NCBI GenBank assembly: GCA_039586795.1
Contig: JBDHJS010000026.1
Coordinates: 1,758-65,757, forward strand
Length of the DNA stretch: 64,000 nt
Direction of reading: 5' to 3'
Source of the DNA: Gemmatimonadota bacterium
GTDB taxonomy: Bacteria > Gemmatimonadota > Gemmatimonadetes > Palauibacterales > KS3-K002
Each line of letters begins with the position of its first letter. The stretch's first letter is position 1. The notes under the pieces were generated by a model, which was given only the letters and a program-made list of their open reading frames with translations, had not been told where the DNA came from and did no database searches. Below are positions 10,023 through 19,400 of this stretch, in pieces. A program made the translations under genes and the position numbers.

Positions 10023-11408
10023 TCAATCGACGCGCACTGGCTGGAATCGTTGCCAGAGGTCGGAAGCCCTGGCCGCCAGGGCTCGCAGCTCGCCGGCGAT
10101 CGTCAGGATGCGTCGACCACTCGCCATCGGATCTCCCGGCCGAACCACTTGACCCGGCGTGTAGCTGCCGGGCGTCGGGCCGGCCATGATGATCGCCACC
10201 GTCATGAAGATGGTGTCCCCGGGCGCCAGGACGAGCGGTCCGTGGGCGTCGATGACCCGATAGTCGCCCGCCGCCGTGGGTTGGTAGCCAATATCGGGGT
10301 GGACGTGGTCACTGATCGGATCGCTTGCCGCCAACCGACCGGCCAGCAGCCGCCAGGCGAAGTCATGGAAAAGCCCGTCGTCCCAGTCGTCCACGGCACG
10401 CCACAACGTCAGCGTTCGCTCGCTCGCTTCGCCGGGCGGCTCCACCGTCAACAGCCCGATCAATCCGGGGCTGGTATCGTAGATGCCGACGTCCGGATCA
10501 TTGAAATCAGCATCGTACATGAATGCCAAACCCAGGTCGTGGTCGAAAGTGCCGAGGTCATCCTCGGCGACGCCCACATCCGCATCGAGGCCGAAGCCGA
10601 GATAGAGCGAGCGATAGGTGTACCCACCTTCCGGGATGTCGGGGTGGAAGTGCCGGTATCGATCCTCATGGCTGATGTTCGTGATCTCGAAGCGGAGAAA
10701 CAGTATGTCCTCTGCACCGCCACTATCAGCCGCGACGACAGTCTGCGCGACCGACAGTCCAAGCAGCGACTCGCCGTGGAAGCGGGCCGTGTTCCAGTAG
10801 CTCAGATCCATCTGCTGCATACGAGTCTGGTCCTCGACCGTCACGCTGTGTCGACCGACCCAAGCATCTCGGTAGACCTGGGTCGACAACGTATCGCCGG
10901 CGAAGCGGCCCGCATCTGATTCGAGGATACCAGCAACCAGAAGCCGACCGCCGGCCGCGTAGCTACCCCCGAACAGGTCCGGCCAGATGAGAGCAGGTTC
11001 GGAGAAGAAGACGCCCGCGCACGTATCACCAAACGTCGTCGTGCGACAGAGGACGCGGCCTCGATCGACCGCCGAATCACAGTTGACACCGCAGCCCCCC
11101 TGCAGAGCCGCATCGAGTGTATCGAGGACGTACTCGCTCACGGTGACCGGGCCCTCCCAACCGAAGAACTCGTTCGGGCCCGCCTGTAGCGAGAGTTCGA
11201 TTTGATGATCGCCGGCTGTTACGTCCGTAAGGTTTGCGGGAGTTGTTTCCCCGATTTCGATTCCATCGATCCGGATGGAAGCGCCGGGCGGATCGGAGAT
11301 GACCACGAGGTCGCCGAAGACAGGAATTGTCGGCCGCTCCCGTGCTTCGAAGCAGGCAACCATGACGGCAAGCAGCAAGAACGTCAGCGGGCGACGGGAA
11401 TCAGGCAC
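10023..11408 (-). CDS. PEGA-domain putative lipoprotein
   Basis: LLLAVMVAC lipobox-like signal; SDPPGASIRIDG..IGETTP PEGA motif; C-terminal beta-rich domain (DADVG..EDD). Confidence 0.7.
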   Translation of the reverse strand: MPDSRRPLTFLLLAVMVACFEARERPTIPVFGDLVVISDPPGASIRIDGIEIGETTPANLTDVTAGDHQIELSLQAGPNEFFGWEGPVTVSEYVLDTLDAALQGGCGVNCDSAVDRGRVLCRTTTFGDTCAGVFFSEPALIWPDLFGGSYAAGGRLLVAGILESDAGRFAGDTLSTQVYRDAWVGRHSVTVEDQTRMQQMDLSYWNTARFHGESLLGLSVAQTVVAADSGGAEDILFLRFEITNISHEDRYRHFHPDIPEGGYTYRSLYLGFGLDADVGVAEDDLGTFDHDLGLAFMYDADFNDPDVGIYDTSPGLIGLLTVEPPGEASERTLTLWRAVDDWDDGLFHDFAWRLLAGRLAASDPISDHVHPDIGYQPTAAGDYRVIDAHGPLVLAPGDTIFMTVAIIMAGPTPGSYTPGQVVRPGDPMASGRRILTIAGELRALAARASDLWQRFQPVRVD

Positions 11409-11418
11409 GACTTACCTC

Positions 11419-12174
11419 TTACCGACGCGCCTCAACGCCGGAGACCAGCTCCGGCAGAATCTCACCGGCAGCGCCCTCGAGAAAGATGTCGACGCCCGGC
11501 GTGAGCTCTGACGGTTCGACGTTGACCTCGATGACCGTTGCACCTGCCGACCGCGCCACCATCGGCAGGCCCGCTGCGGGGTAGACTATGCCCGACGTAC
11601 CCACGACGAGCATGGTATCGCAGGTACGCGAAAGCGTCGCCGCTTGCTCGAAGACGCCATGGGGAAGCACCTCCCCGTACCAAACCACGTCCGGGCGAAC
11701 GTTAGAGCCACAACGGCTACACTTCGGTGGCTCGACCGGACCGTCGCTCTCGGCGAGTGGGATCTCTTCCTCTACCGAATGGTCCTGATCGAAGCACTTG
11801 AAGCGGTGGATGTTGCCATGAAGCTCGAGAATGGAGGTGGAGCCGGCCCTGGCGTGGAAGCCATCGATGTTCTGTGTAACGACGACGACCTGAGGCAGCA
11901 TCTGTTCCAGCTGAGCGATCGCGACGTGGCCCGCGTGCGGCGACAGCTCAGCCATCAAGCCGCGGCGATAGTTGTACCAGCCCCAAACTCGCGGTGGGTC
12001 CCGATGGAACCCCTCACGCGTAGCCAACTCCTGCGGATCGTATTGAGCCCAGAGACCGTCGAGAGCGTCACGGAAAGTTGGGATCCCGCTCTCCTTCGAC
12101 ATGCCCGCACCGGTTGCGGTAACAAGCAGGCTTGCTCTTGCGATGGCGTCTACAGCACGATCGAAGTCGTTCAT
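11419..12174 (-). CDS. cobB: NAD-dependent deacylase (sirtuin, CobB-like)
   Basis: TGAGMSKESGIPTFR, TQNIDGFH, HGNI, RPDVVWYGE and VGTSG.VYPAA motifs. Confidence 0.92.
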   Translation of the reverse strand: MNDFDRAVDAIARASLLVTATGAGMSKESGIPTFRDALDGLWAQYDPQELATREGFHRDPPRVWGWYNYRRGLMAELSPHAGHVAIAQLEQMLPQVVVVTQNIDGFHARAGSTSILELHGNIHRFKCFDQDHSVEEEIPLAESDGPVEPPKCSRCGSNVRPDVVWYGEVLPHGVFEQAATLSRTCDTMLVVGTSGIVYPAAGLPMVARSAGATVIEVNVEPSELTPGVDIFLEGAAGEILPELVSGVEARR

Positions 12175-12257
12175 CGGTCGAACCTGGTTGCGGTCGGGGC
12201 CATGCAAAAAATCTAACCCCGAATGCCGGTTCTCCAAGCATTTGCCGCTGCCACGGC

Positions 12258-13835
12258 CTACTTCTCGTATACGACCTCGCCGCCGACGACAGTCGTCGCC
12301 ACGCCTGCCTCGAGAATCTCCTCCGGTTCAGCCGACACCAGATCCACGTCCCATGCCGCGAAATCGGCCAAGAAGCCAGGGGAAAGACGGCCTCGGCGAT
12401 CCGCCTCGCCGGCCGCCTTTGCCGCGCCCACCGTATAACCTTCGAGAACCTCCTGCCCGGACAGCCTTTGCTCGGGGAAGAAGCCTTCATCGGGATAACC
12501 GCCCCGATCGCGCCGTGCCATCGCACCGAAAAATCCTTCCCGGGGATCGGCTGCCTCGACCGGCGCATCCGAACCAAGGGCCAGTACCGTCCCAGCATCC
12601 AGCAGGCTTCTCAGCGCCATCGTCCGACTGCTGCGGTCGACCCCCCAGCGATCTTCCGCCAGTCTCACATCGGTCAGCAGATGAGACGGCTGCATCGAGG
12701 CGGTGATGCCAAGCTCTGCGGCGCGAGACATATCGCTTGGATGAAAGCACTGCAGATGTTCGATCCGATGGGGAATCGCCAGGCCATGTGCCCCCGCACG
12801 CTCGAGAACGTCTAGAGTCATGCGCACCGCCGCGTCACCAATTGCGTGAATCGTCGCCGCCAGGCCCGCCATCACCGCACGCTCCACGTCCACCTTTAGC
12901 TCGTCCGGCTCCAGCCGACGGATTCCCCGCTCGCTCGAACCCTCGTAAGGGTCCAACATCCATGCTGTCCGCGATCCCAGGGCGCCGTCGGTGAAGTACT
13001 TGATGCCGCCTATACGAAGCCATTCGTTTCCAAAGCCGCTACGCATTCCGCAGTCGATAAGTGCATCGAGAAACCGCTGAGGCATGTGATGCAGTACCCT
13101 CAGCCGCAGCTCGTCCGCACGCAGCAAGTCCTCAACGATCCGGAATGCCTCCGGGGCCTCAACTGACTGCACTGCCGTCATGCCGAGCCGGTGAAGCTCT
13201 GCCTGTCCCCGACGAAGCGCCGCCCGACGCTCACCAGCGCCCGCTCGCGGCCGACCCTGATACCACCAGTCGAGCGCGTGCTCCGTGACCACTCCGGTGG
13301 GCAAGCCGTCCGTGTCCCGCTCGACCGTTCCGCCGGGGGGATCCTCCTGGTCCGCGGTGATGCCGAGGCGGCGCATCGTCTGCGTGTTCAACCACCCGCT
13401 ATGCAGATCGTGGGCAACAAGGGCCACGGCTCGGCCGTGGGATGCCTTGTCCAGGTCCGCCAAATCCGCCTGGTCACGCCACGCTGGGTCCCACCCCTTG
13501 AACTCCAGCCAGTCGCGCTCGTCAGCCACCTTCGCAGCTTTCGCCACCCGCTCCAGGACACCCGCCATCGAGCCCGCATCCGCCACGTTGTGACCCGTCA
13601 GCCCAAGCGCCCACTCCACGAGGTGGATATGGGAGTCGGTCAAACCCGGCACCACCGTGTAAGGTCGCAAATCCAGCCACCTGGCTCCGGCGCCCACAAA
13701 CGACTCGATCTCCTCAGCCGTTCCGATCGCCGCCACCCGACCATCACGCATGGCCAGGCTCTCCACCTCCGGGCGCACCGCGTCAAGCGTCCGTATCTTC
13801 CCGGCTCGCACCGCTAGTATTTGCTCTGTCATCAT
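12258..13835 (-). CDS. Amidohydrolase_3 family (YtcJ-like) metallohydrolase
   Basis: PGLTDSHIH, DGALGSRTA, HAIGDAA, HRIEH and GSDAPV motifs. Confidence 0.9.
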   Translation of the reverse strand: MMTEQILAVRAGKIRTLDAVRPEVESLAMRDGRVAAIGTAEEIESFVGAGARWLDLRPYTVVPGLTDSHIHLVEWALGLTGHNVADAGSMAGVLERVAKAAKVADERDWLEFKGWDPAWRDQADLADLDKASHGRAVALVAHDLHSGWLNTQTMRRLGITADQEDPPGGTVERDTDGLPTGVVTEHALDWWYQGRPRAGAGERRAALRRGQAELHRLGMTAVQSVEAPEAFRIVEDLLRADELRLRVLHHMPQRFLDALIDCGMRSGFGNEWLRIGGIKYFTDGALGSRTAWMLDPYEGSSERGIRRLEPDELKVDVERAVMAGLAATIHAIGDAAVRMTLDVLERAGAHGLAIPHRIEHLQCFHPSDMSRAAELGITASMQPSHLLTDVRLAEDRWGVDRSSRTMALRSLLDAGTVLALGSDAPVEAADPREGFFGAMARRDRGGYPDEGFFPEQRLSGQEVLEGYTVGAAKAAGEADRRGRLSPGFLADFAAWDVDLVSAEPEEILEAGVATTVVGGEVVYEK

Positions 13836-13863
13836 GCTTTGAAGAGGAGGTTTTGGAATGAAC

Positions 13864-13887
13864 GAGGGGACGAAGGCCCGTCCCCTC
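13864..13887 (-). terminator. Hairpin, probable terminator
   Basis: GAGGGGACG-N6-CGTCCCCTC, perfect 9-bp stem; weak U tract. Confidence 0.55.
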
Positions 13888-13905
13888 TCAGCACCGCTGG
13901 TCAGA

Positions 13906-14238
13906 TCAGTCCAGCTGCAGTTCCATGTCGGGGGCCAACTCCGGTCGATTCTCCGCGATCCAAGTGTGTATCGCCCTCACCTGCACCATCGACAGCTTCT
14001 GCACCGCCGGCAGCGGAAGCCCGGGGATCACGGCCGCCAGCGATCGCCGCATCAAATAGTCCCTCTGTTTTCGCCTCAACTCCGCCGACATCGATGGGCC
14101 GCTGGGTGAATCCGGGATCGGCTCCAGAAGCGTGCGAAAACTGTGAATCTGTCTCTCTGAGAAGGTCTCAGGGATTCGATGCGTACGTCCACTCAAAGAG
14201 AATGAGCCGTCGGGTTTGACCTTCGTCACTTTGGCCAT
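13906..14238 (-). CDS. Hypothetical protein (~110 aa)
   Basis: AAAGGA RBS before ATG 14238; upstream promoter and downstream hairpin; no family recognised. Confidence 0.65.
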   Translation of the reverse strand: MAKVTKVKPDGSFSLSGRTHRIPETFSERQIHSFRTLLEPIPDSPSGPSMSAELRRKQRDYLMRRSLAAVIPGLPLPAVQKLSMVQVRAIHTWIAENRPELAPDMELQLD

Positions 14239-14331
14239 CTGCCGTCCTTTGGCGGGTGTGTCGAAGAGACTCATCCCTGGCCCGAAAAAGAGCAGGGTGT
14301 CTTACATATTGGTCTGAGGCTCAGCACCTAG

Positions 14332-14360
14332 AATCTACTTGAGGGACATTACTTCGGCAA
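14332..14360 (-). promoter_or_regulatory. Sigma70-like promoter
   Basis: Minus strand TTGCCG-N17-TAGATT. Confidence 0.5.
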
Positions 14361-14379
14361 GAAACGCAGAATCCAGTAT

Positions 14380-14799
14380 CTAGGCCATTTGCTCCGGCCT
14401 AGGCGGCTGTGGCGCCTCCATTACGAAGAGTGGAACGCTCTTCAGGTGCTGGTCGGCCAGGACGACTTCGAAGGAATAGTCACCGGGTTTGTGAAATGTC
14501 ACGCCCGCCAGGCCCATGATGACGTGGGGCTTGACCGGGCGTCCCGGGACGCCATGCGGGACGGTGAGCGGCCCGCCGGCCTTGAACAGCTGGCCGCCAT
14601 CGGCGTCGATCAGTCGGACCTGGAGATCGTAAGAGCCCTGATCGGTAAAGTCAGCGCGTACGCGGAGGACGAATACCATGGCCGGGTGGCGGAACGGGAA
14701 TTCTCGCGCCCAGATCGTATCGAAGACGCCGAGGATGTTCAGCTTTCCTTCCTGGCTGACATTCGCGGCGTCGGCTACTACAGCTAGATCTACGTCCAA
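14380..14799 (-). CDS. DUF6941-like protein
   Basis: ADAA...EGKLNILGVFDTI and F.KPGDYSF.V motifs. Confidence 0.7.
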   Translation of the reverse strand: MDVDLAVVADAANVSQEGKLNILGVFDTIWAREFPFRHPAMVFVLRVRADFTDQGSYDLQVRLIDADGGQLFKAGGPLTVPHGVPGRPVKPHVIMGLAGVTFHKPGDYSFEVVLADQHLKSVPLFVMEAPQPPRPEQMA

Positions 14800-14808
14800 G
14801 AGGGCGAC

Positions 14809-15441
14809 TCAGTTCTGGGATCCGCCGCCGCGCGAGCTTCCACTGCTGGTCCCTCGCCGCGTCGTGCCCGGACTCCTTTTGCTGGTACCGAAGTTCCGCT
14901 GCGTCGACCCGAAGTGCCGTCGGCTGCTGCCGAAGTTGCGTTGTGATGATCCGAAATGCCTTCGGCTGCTACCAAAGTTGCTCTGCGACGACCCGAAGTG
15001 GCGATCGGTCGAACCGAAATGCCGCTCGTCGGAACCGAAGTTGCTGTTGAAGGACTCGAAGTCGTCACCACCGGGCCAGTTGGCTGGATCCGACGCCTCG
15101 AGGATAGGGCGGCAGATCCTTGCAGCGTTGGTCAGAACGGAACGCTTCGGGTTCGGTGTATGGAAAATCCGCTCGGAGTACTGCTCGCAGGGGCCGAGAG
15201 CTGTTGTCCACTGGTGACCCTGTGGCCGGTCATACCTGCTGCCGCCTGTGGACGGCAAAACGCAGCCCCGGGGTATTCGGTCGCCGCGTACCATGCCGCT
15301 GGGCTCGCGTTGGACGTTGCAGTTTATCTCTTGTTCACTGCGCTGGCGGTAGCCCTCTCGCTGTCGCTGGGCGGTGGCTTCCCTACCTGAGAATACGAGC
15401 AGTGACGCAGCAACCAGCGAGCAGATCACGATACGAACCAT
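14809..15441 (-). CDS. Secreted hypothetical protein with 8 tandem FG heptad repeats
   Basis: AGGAGA RBS; signal peptide (..ATA/Q); four Cys in the mature region; C-terminal [N/H]FG[S/T]xx[R/S] x8. Confidence 0.7.
   Translation of the reverse strand: MVRIVICSLVAASLLVFSGREATAQRQREGYRQRSEQEINCNVQREPSGMVRGDRIPRGCVLPSTGGSRYDRPQGHQWTTALGPCEQYSERIFHTPNPKRSVLTNAARICRPILEASDPANWPGGDDFESFNSNFGSDERHFGSTDRHFGSSQSNFGSSRRHFGSSQRNFGSSRRHFGSTQRNFGTSKRSPGTTRRGTSSGSSRGGGSQN
14875..15042 (-). repeat. 8 x 21-nt coding tandem repeat
   Basis: NFGSDER HFGSTDR HFGSSQS NFGSSRR HFGSSQR NFGSSRR HFGSTQR NFGTSKR = 168 nt. Confidence 0.9.
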
Positions 15442-15509
15442 GGCATTCTCCTATCTGCGGCAAGCTAGTTGCCCTCTGCTACGCCAACAAGTCAAGAACA
15501 TGACCGGCA

Positions 15510-16337
15510 CTACAGGTTCATCACAAGAGACGCGGCTAGCCGATGGTCGACCTTTTCAAATTCGAAGAGCGCGTCCTCGTCAGGAGTCGTCCCATCCACC
15601 AAGAATTTGACCGGCTGGTTGTCGAACAACACCGTGTAGCTCACCTTCAAGGCAAACACCGAACTTATGGCCGTTGTCAGTCCCAAGACCGTATTTACTC
15701 TCAGGTCGTCTGTATCTTCCAAGTTGGGAAGCACCGCCAGATCCCAATCGAACGTGGTGGTCTCGGTGACGGTGAACACATAGTCAAAGATCGCCTGTGC
15801 GCCGAACCAGCTGTTCGTAAGCTGAAGTTGCTCCTCATTCGTCCAGTCGCCGCCCAGTTCACCCGTCAAGAAATGTCTGTCGGTCTCGAAGAACTGGTAC
15901 CCAACACCCAAGCTGACCCCGGTGCGATTTCGTATTCCAGCTAGCTCGTTACGGTACCAACTGCCGATGGTGTATGCGTACAGGCTCTTCACGATGCGCT
16001 GTCGGAAACGTCCGGCTGCGAAATACTCTTCCGCGGTCGTCTCCGTGAGCTTCTCTACAGCCACGCTCCCACTCACGTTCGTGAGATTACGGACGGTCGT
16101 TCGGGTCTGGAGCGCCGAAACTCGCAGTTCGATCTGCTGGTCGGTCCACCCATATGTGAACTTGTCCGATAACGCCCATGACAACACTTCAGCGTTTCCA
16201 CCCGCCGCGACCAGTGACAGGTCGGCAACGTTGCTCCAGGGTTTTTCTTCCTCTTCAGCATCCTGGGCGCGCGCAACGCCGTGAAAAGCCGTGGAAACAA
16301 GCACCGCTACTGTGAGAATCTTCAAGGCGCGTGACAT
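15510..16337 (-). CDS. DUF481 family outer-membrane beta-barrel protein
   Basis: Signal peptide; W....LS....GN, GVGYQF and LKVSY...FDNQP motifs; amphipathic beta strands. Confidence 0.8.
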   Translation of the reverse strand: MSRALKILTVAVLVSTAFHGVARAQDAEEEEKPWSNVADLSLVAAGGNAEVLSWALSDKFTYGWTDQQIELRVSALQTRTTVRNLTNVSGSVAVEKLTETTAEEYFAAGRFRQRIVKSLYAYTIGSWYRNELAGIRNRTGVSLGVGYQFFETDRHFLTGELGGDWTNEEQLQLTNSWFGAQAIFDYVFTVTETTTFDWDLAVLPNLEDTDDLRVNTVLGLTTAISSVFALKVSYTVLFDNQPVKFLVDGTTPDEDALFEFEKVDHRLAASLVMNL

Positions 16338-16473
16338 CTCCGTTCTCCTCTCCACACGTGATGGCAGCAGACACGAGTCGCTTCGCATCCGCAGCTAGCA
16401 ATAGGCGTTATCAAGCCCTGGCTGGCGGATACTAGAGCTAGCCGATCGGAAGTCAACACCAGCTGTTGGTAGA

Positions 16474-19400
16474 CTAGTTCGATTCCTCGAGGGACGCGAT
16501 GAGCGAGTCGACGTCCGGAAGCGTACCGGTGTAGCCAAGAAAGCGAGCGATACGATCGAGGCGCGGCCAATCGTATTTGTCGATCCCGTACGCCACTCGC
16601 AGGTTCCCTGCGCCGCCGCCGCGCACCCCAATCGCACGCTGTAAGACGGCCTGGCTCTTCAACGCTCCCACATCATCGCGATACTGCTGGAACAACTTGT
16701 CGTAGGTCACCGCCGCATCCGTCTGTCTGCCCTCCCAGGCCAGCCAGTCGGCGAGGATACGCATGCCTTCTCTTTCGGTGGTGTTCTGGTACAGGCGCCA
16801 CGCCGACTCGAGGGCGACACGACTGGCGGTGATCCGCCCACGAAGCGCTTGCGCTTCCGCCAATAGCCTGTAGGCGAGGGCAAAGTCAGGGTCGATGCTC
16901 ACCGCACGCTCTGCTGCGATTGCCGCCTGCCCATATCTGCCAGCATACAGTTCGAGACGTGCACGATGGTATGCGGTGATGGCGTCGGGCGACCGGGAAA
17001 GGAACTGAGCCGGGAGTTTGCTGGCCTGAATCTGTTCCTCGGGCTCGCCCATCTTGTCCCTCACAACGCGCGACAACTGAGCAAGGGTTGCGATGGCACT
17101 CGAATCCACCTGCGCAGCAACACCGTACAATGTATCCCCGGCGGAATTGAACGCGCGGAGAAACATGCTATCGGTTGGCGCCACGCTGTCGTTTCCTTCG
17201 GCATGCCGGAGTTGGGCCGCAAGCACCAGGGCGTACCCTTCGACGTCGGCGAGCGCCAGAGCATCATCGAGTGGTAGATCGTTCGATGCATTCCTCAGCA
17301 CCTGGCGACGCGCAAGCAAGGCTCTCTCCCGCGGAACGACCCTGAAGAACCTGGCCTGCGCCAGATCAAGCTCCAGCGACGTGACCAACGCTTCGGCGGT
17401 CACCGGACCCGGCGGCGCCATCACTTCCACATCCGCGACCAATACCCACTCGCCAGGCTCGTCGAGCAACGGACCAGACAGCATCTCGCCGATTCTAGAG
17501 ACCGAAGTCTCAACAAACGACGGCGCACTAATCGTCACCCGCGGGATCGTCACCGATGGCAAAGACGGCGCTTCCACATCGTTCAATCGTTCAGGTAACT
17601 CCTCTGTGAAGCTGCTAACCCAGCTGATCGCCTCCTCACCAAACACAACGCCGACGACCAGGACTGCCGCTGCCACCGGCAGGTACCAGAATCGCCGCAA
17701 GGCCGATCTTCGCCGCTCGTGCGTCTTGCCGACCACGTCGGGCTCCGTCGCCGGCGCTTCCGCTTCCCACGGCGGGAGATCGGGCGCAACGCCCGTTTCA
17801 TCTTCAGCTCCGGACGCCGTAAACACCGGCGCGGGAACGCTGAGATCTTCTGCGGGAACGGCGCCGAAGAAGTCCCCGTCCGATTGCGGCTGTTCGCCCG
17901 TCTCATCCGGAGCGGCCGCGTCATCCATGGCAAACTCCTGGGATGCGAACGTCTCGGCGAATTCCGCGAATTCCGCTTCGGCGAGGCTCTCCAGGTCCGA
18001 TTGCGTCGAGGACTCGGCGTCGCCGAAGGGATCAGCACCTGGCTCGTCCGGCTGAACTGCCGCCGCCTCCTCTTCCTCAGCGTCGAGTTCGTCGTCGACC
18101 GGCTCGGCGACAGCTGGTCCTTCCGCTTCCAGCTCGGCGACAGACGGTTCTTCAGCTTCCAGTTCGTCGACGACCGGCGGCTCTTCTTCGAGCTCAGCGG
18201 TAGGCGTCGACTCCCCAAACGGGTCGGCGACGGGGAGCGTTGGTTCCGGAGCCCCGAAATCGGCTGGTTCTTCGGCCGGAGTTTCCTCAATCTCCGGCGC
18301 AGCTGTATCTTCCTCTACATCGGCTTCTTCCGTCGTAGCCTTCGCCGCTTCCGCTTCCTCGGCTTCTGCCTCCTTCGTCTCGAGGTCGCCTTCGGGCTTC
18401 TCTACTTGCTCAGCCTCCTCCGCTGCAGGTGACCCGCTTTCCTCGACCGACGGTTCCTCGACAACGGCGGTAGCCTCCGCAACGTCTGCCGGCTCTACCG
18501 AGCCGACCGCGGCAAGCTCTGCCTTGGAGCGTTTCGCGCGTTTCGACTTCTTCGGCCGCTTGAGTTTGGTGACCGCCTTCGCCGCACCGGCCTTTGACGC
18601 GACGAACGCCTTGGCAATCAAAGGTGGTAGCGTGGCGATCGCACGGCCCAACCACTCGAGTCCCGCGATCGTCCCGTCCCACATCCGCTCCCGCCAGGGT
18701 TCCAACTCTTTCCACCACCGGCTGAGGGCGGGTACCCACGACTGGCGGACGCCCGTCACTTCATGTCGAACACGACCGTACTGGGTATCTACGAAAGCCG
18801 CCGCGGCCTCACGGGCCACCTTGAGCGGATCCTCTTCGTCGGGCCCAGCGTCGCCCGCAGCCGGCTCCGGGGTTGGCGGCTTCGGGGCCGGCTCGGGTGG
18901 TGGCGGCGATGGCGGCGCTACCTGCTCCGGGGCTGGCTTGGGAGGTGCCGCCTGCGGTGGCGGCGATTTAGGAGCCTTGTCTGCCGCATTGCCCTTCTTC
19001 GGTTCAACGAAGGTGACTTCGAGATCGTCGCCAACCGTCGCCTGAGGCAGATCTCCGAGATCCCGACGTGCGAACTCGCCGCCTTCCAGAAAGTCCGGTG
19101 CAACCTCGCCGCCGGCGGCCGACTGCTTGGAGCTGGATGGCTCCTTGGCCGGTGGTGGCTGCTGGGGAACCATCTCGGGGGCGACCGGGATGATCTGCGT
19201 GTCCGCGATTTCCTTCAGGACCTTGTGCTGCTCGACCACCTTCTTCACGGCTTCCGCCGGCTGCGCAACTCCACTTCCTCGAAGTCGCTCCACGTACTCA
19301 GAGAAGGCCCGAGCCGCGTCCTGCTCGCGACCCGACTTCGCCAGCGAATTCAAATGCCCCGCAACCGCTTCCGGCCGCATCGGCGCATGAAGTACCAGAA

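Noticed and set aside
14875-15042. Regularly spaced CCGAAG/CCGAAA motifs resembling a mini CRISPR array
   Set aside because: The period is 21 nt, in frame, with synonymous variation. There are no unique spacers and no cas genes; it is a protein repeat.
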